DNA of 63,910 bases, filler included, from Octopus bimaculoides (lineage: Eukaryota): NCBI RefSeq assembly GCF_001194135.2. It is 10 parts of 9 records of this genome, joined end to end, with 100 filler letters (N's around TTAATTAATTAA, not from the genome) between each part and the next. Parts side by side here need not be neighbours in the genome. Positions count along the whole stretch, not along the records: positions 60,942 to 62,361 come from NW_026307267.1; positions 62,462 to 63,910 come from NW_026351035.1; 8 more parts are not named here. One strand, given 5' to 3'. A program made the translations under genes and the position numbers. Below, piece after piece: positions 60,942 to 63,910 of the stretch. The notes below the pieces were generated by a model. It worked only from the letters and a program-made list of their open reading frames with translations, was not told where the DNA came from and ran no database searches. The stretch's first letter is position 1. Each line of letters opens with the position of its first letter.

Positions 60942-62050
60942 GTTAGGTACCTTGGAATACGATAGACTACCAGAGAACAACATTACACAAAAGTATAGGC
61001 GCGCAACCCCCACACACATGCAGTTCAAAAATTCGCTAACGAACTAGAGATAGCAACCAGGGTAGAGATCCTAGCTAAAAGAAACGTTTTCATCACCAAA
61101 AAAGATCATAAACCGAACTTTGCCTCAAACCCGAAATGCTGCCTGATCAATCCGGTCAAATCCAAGATCGGTCTGGCGAGCAAACACATATTGAGAGATA
61201 TCAATAACAGTATAAGGAGGGCCATCAATCTCTCACTGTTGGGCAACACCAACGAAGTGACCGCATGGTTTAACACCAGCAAGGTCCACCCAATTTGATA
61301 TAGTCAATTTTTACTCCTGTATACCAAAAGAGCTACTGACCAAGGCGCTTTCTTTTGCTAGGGTCTTCACTAGTATTAGCGACAGAGCTGTAGCAATTAT
61401 TATGCATGCCAGGAGGATAGTGCTGTTCAACAAAGGTTCGGCATGGGTCATGCAATCTGACACCCTGGATCTTTTGACGTAGCGATGGGGGCCTACGACA
61501 GCGCTGACGTATATGATGTCATCGGGTTGTATATCCTAGATATCCTCAGGAAAAATTTCCCCTCTGTCCTCTTTGGTCTCTAATGTATGGCAAGCGGCCA
61601 TACATTAGACAGGCATAAGAAAGACTTAATCAGCACTCTTGCCTCTATGGGTTTGAAGATCACCATAGAGACCAACCTTACAACAGCGGACTTCTTAGAC
61701 GTTACCCTCGACTTGGTATCTGGTACTTACAAGCCCTACCACAAACCGAACGGGAGGCTAACATACATCAATACAGCCTACTGTCACCCACCCATCGTGT
61801 TCAAGAACCTGGTAAAGGGTGTTAGTAAGAGGATCTCGAGCCTTTCGTCTAATCAAGAGGCCTTCGACGCAGCGGCCCCGTACTAAAACAAGGCTCTGGC
61901 TGCCAACGGGTTTAGGGACTGCGTCTCCTGCATACCGGAACCCAACAGCCGCAGAAATGCAATTTGGTTTGCTCCCTGCAAACAGCAGCATCTCCATCAA
62001 CACCAGCCTTGCCAATAGCTTCTTTGACGTTCACAGTAGCAGGCTTGGCA
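60942..62050 (+). mobile_element. Penelope-like element RT fragment (same clade as 56.5-57.3 kb)
   Basis: FITKKDHKPNFASNPKCCLINPVKSKIG, QFDIVNFY, FDVAMGAYD, DFLDVTLDL..YKPYHKPN..YIN..CHPP, RRNAIWF motifs; stops and frameshifts; decays into CAG/AAC repeats. Confidence 0.8.
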
Positions 62051-62596
62051 GTCCCTATAGCAGCAGCAATAGCCCCCAGTGCCATGACCAGCTATAACGG
62101 CAGCAGCAGCAGCAGCAGCAGTGAAAGCTCCCCCACAATTGGTGAAGAGCGCAATAATAACAACAATAGGAATAGNNNNNNNNNNNNNNNNGGCAATATT
62201 AACAACAACAGCAGCGCCTTCTCCATAACCGGGAATGGTAATAGCATTACCAACGCCACCATCACTTCCGCCATCGCCAAAGCAAGCGTGTGTGTGTGTA
62301 TATAGAAGGTGCATTCCGAAAGGTTTAAGGCTATTTTTATGAGAAGCAGTAATAACTGTCCNNNNNNNNNNNNNNNNNNNNNNNNNNNNNNNNNNNNNNN
62401 NNNNNTTAATTAATTAANNNNNNNNNNNNNNNNNNNNNNNNNNNNNNNNNNNNNNNNNNNNATATATAAATACATACGTAAGCAAATATGCATACATACA
62501 AATATATACATACATACTAACACATATAGACTAAAACACACACACTCACACACGCCCTCACGCACACAAACACATATATATATATATATATACATA

Positions 62597-62945
62597 TCAT
62601 CATCATCGTTTAACGTCCGCTTTCCATTCTAGCATGGGTTAGACGATTTGACTGAGGACTGGTGGACCAGGAGGCGACACCAGGCTCTAATCTGATTTGG
62701 CAGTTTCTACAGTTGGATGCCCTTCCTAGCACCAACCACTCCAAGAGTGTAGTGGGTGTTTTATGTGCCACTGGCACAAGGGCCAGTCAGGCGGAACTGG
62801 CGACAGCCACGCTCGAATTGGTGTGTTTTACGTGCCACCTGCACAGGAGCCAGCCCATCGGCACTGGCAACGATCTCACTCGAATGTCTTTTCTGGTAAT
62901 GATCAACGGCCACGCTCGTAATGGTGTATTTTACGTGTCATCTAT
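62597..62945 (-). mobile_element. Retroposon family C copy abutting the RTE 3' end
   Basis: catcatcatcgtttaacgtccgctttcc... reverse complement of the family C tail and units. Confidence 0.9.
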
Positions 62946-62949
62946 ATAT

Positions 62950-63910
62950 ACATACATGATGATGGCCGTCCACTCGTGACTGAGGAAGACCATTTCCGAC
63001 CTTCAGGAACATTCTGCGCTCTAGTACTAACTTACATTTTGCATTTACGGCTCTGTTGGTGGCTAATGAGCCCTGCTCTTGATAAGCATATACGACTGCA
63101 AACATTGCAGATTAGGCTTTCCCCATTCACTATACGAGCCGTACACTTTCGCGCAGCTCGCTTAAATTCTTCATGCTGGATACGTGCTCTCTCAAAAGTG
63201 TTCATCCCCTCCTTAACCTGCTTCCTCCATCTGTGTTGATGACAGGCATTATTCTCCCAGTCAGTGTCCTGCATATCACAGGCCTTTAATGAGGACTTGA
63301 CAGTCCTTAAAGCGCAGCCTTGGTTTCTGCCAGAGTCTCATTCCATTCACAAGTTCTCTATATAGCATCTGCTTAGGAATCCTGCTATCCTTCATTCTAA
63401 TAAGGTGTCCAGTCCAATGTAACCGATGCTTGTGCACCATCGCCTCAATACTCAAGATATCAGCTGTCCTCAGGATCTGTGTCTGGAATTTTTGAGGACC
63501 AGCCAACAATGAGAATGTGCCTGAGACATCTCTGATGAAAGCGTTCAAGGACCCTTACCTGACGTTTGTACAGAGTCCATGTTACACACGAGTAGAGGAG
63601 CGATGTTAGTACTCAAGCACGATACACAGCAACTTTTGTTTGCCTTGCTATGCCATGCTGGGACCAAACACGAGACTGAAGAGACCGGAAGGAATTAGTT
63701 GCTCTCTGCAACTTGAAACATATTTCCTCATCCAGGGAGCAAGAATGGCTGAGTGAGCTGCCCAGGTAGACAAACTTGTCTACTACCTTCAGAAATGTTC
63801 CTTCAACCAAGATAGCTGGTTTCACATATGGATTTCCTGGTGCATGTTGGAACATTACACCAATCTTGTCCAGGCTAATGCCAAGTCCAAATGCCTTGCA
63901 AGAAGCAGAA
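62950..63910 (-). mobile_element. RTE-clade LINE, 3' part (RT thumb to C2H2 finger)
   Basis: VVDKFVYLGSSLS, TKVAVYRA, HRLHWTGHLIRM.DSRIPKQMLY, CNVCSRICLSRAGLISH; frameshifted; CATCAT tail; runs off the window end. Confidence 0.9.

Noticed and set aside
62950-62990. Shared 3' end between the RTE LINE and family C (cctcagtca..ggacg)
   Set aside because: Only two short words match with different spacing; not enough to claim a SINE/LINE partnership.

Overview
AT-rich, microsatellite-dense animal genomic scaffold with many N gaps. The SINE families and repeat landscape look like Octopus (inference, not verified). Host genes are sparse: (i) the first coding exon of SPAG1 on the minus strand (24110-24243), with no recognisable downstream exon in the window; (ii) two phase-compatible plus-strand exons (55448-55607, 56192-56271) of a signal-peptide, thioredoxin-fold protein resembling TXNDC16/ERp90; (iii) candidate divergent promoter and 5'-UTR exons near 32.4-34.3 kb and 43 kb. 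Most of the rest is transposon relics: three or more SINE/retroposon families, Tx1/L1-clade LINE pieces, RTE, RLE-type and L2/CR1-like fragments, a full-length mariner relic with TIRs, a second mariner holding a solo-LTR-like insert, a Tc1 element, a pogo-like element with an intact PHD-finger exon, a Helentron/HINE-like element, and several Penelope-like elements. Most striking: a minimal type I hammerhead ribozyme with a compensatory U3-A8 core pair inside a ~690-bp non-coding unit bounded by a perfect 139-bp inverted repeat (59.1-60.0 kb), with further hammerhead motifs at 37.8, 38.2 and 12.8 kb; a 221-bp palindromic element whose arms are telomere-like TTAGGG/CCCTAA repeats (43960-44180); an ORF1-only Tx1/L1-type element sharing its 3' tail with a SINE; and a 179-bp triplication inside a LINE RT. 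Nearly all ORFs in the supplied track are translated microsatellites and are not genes. No database searches or folding programs were run; family assignments come from motif recognition.
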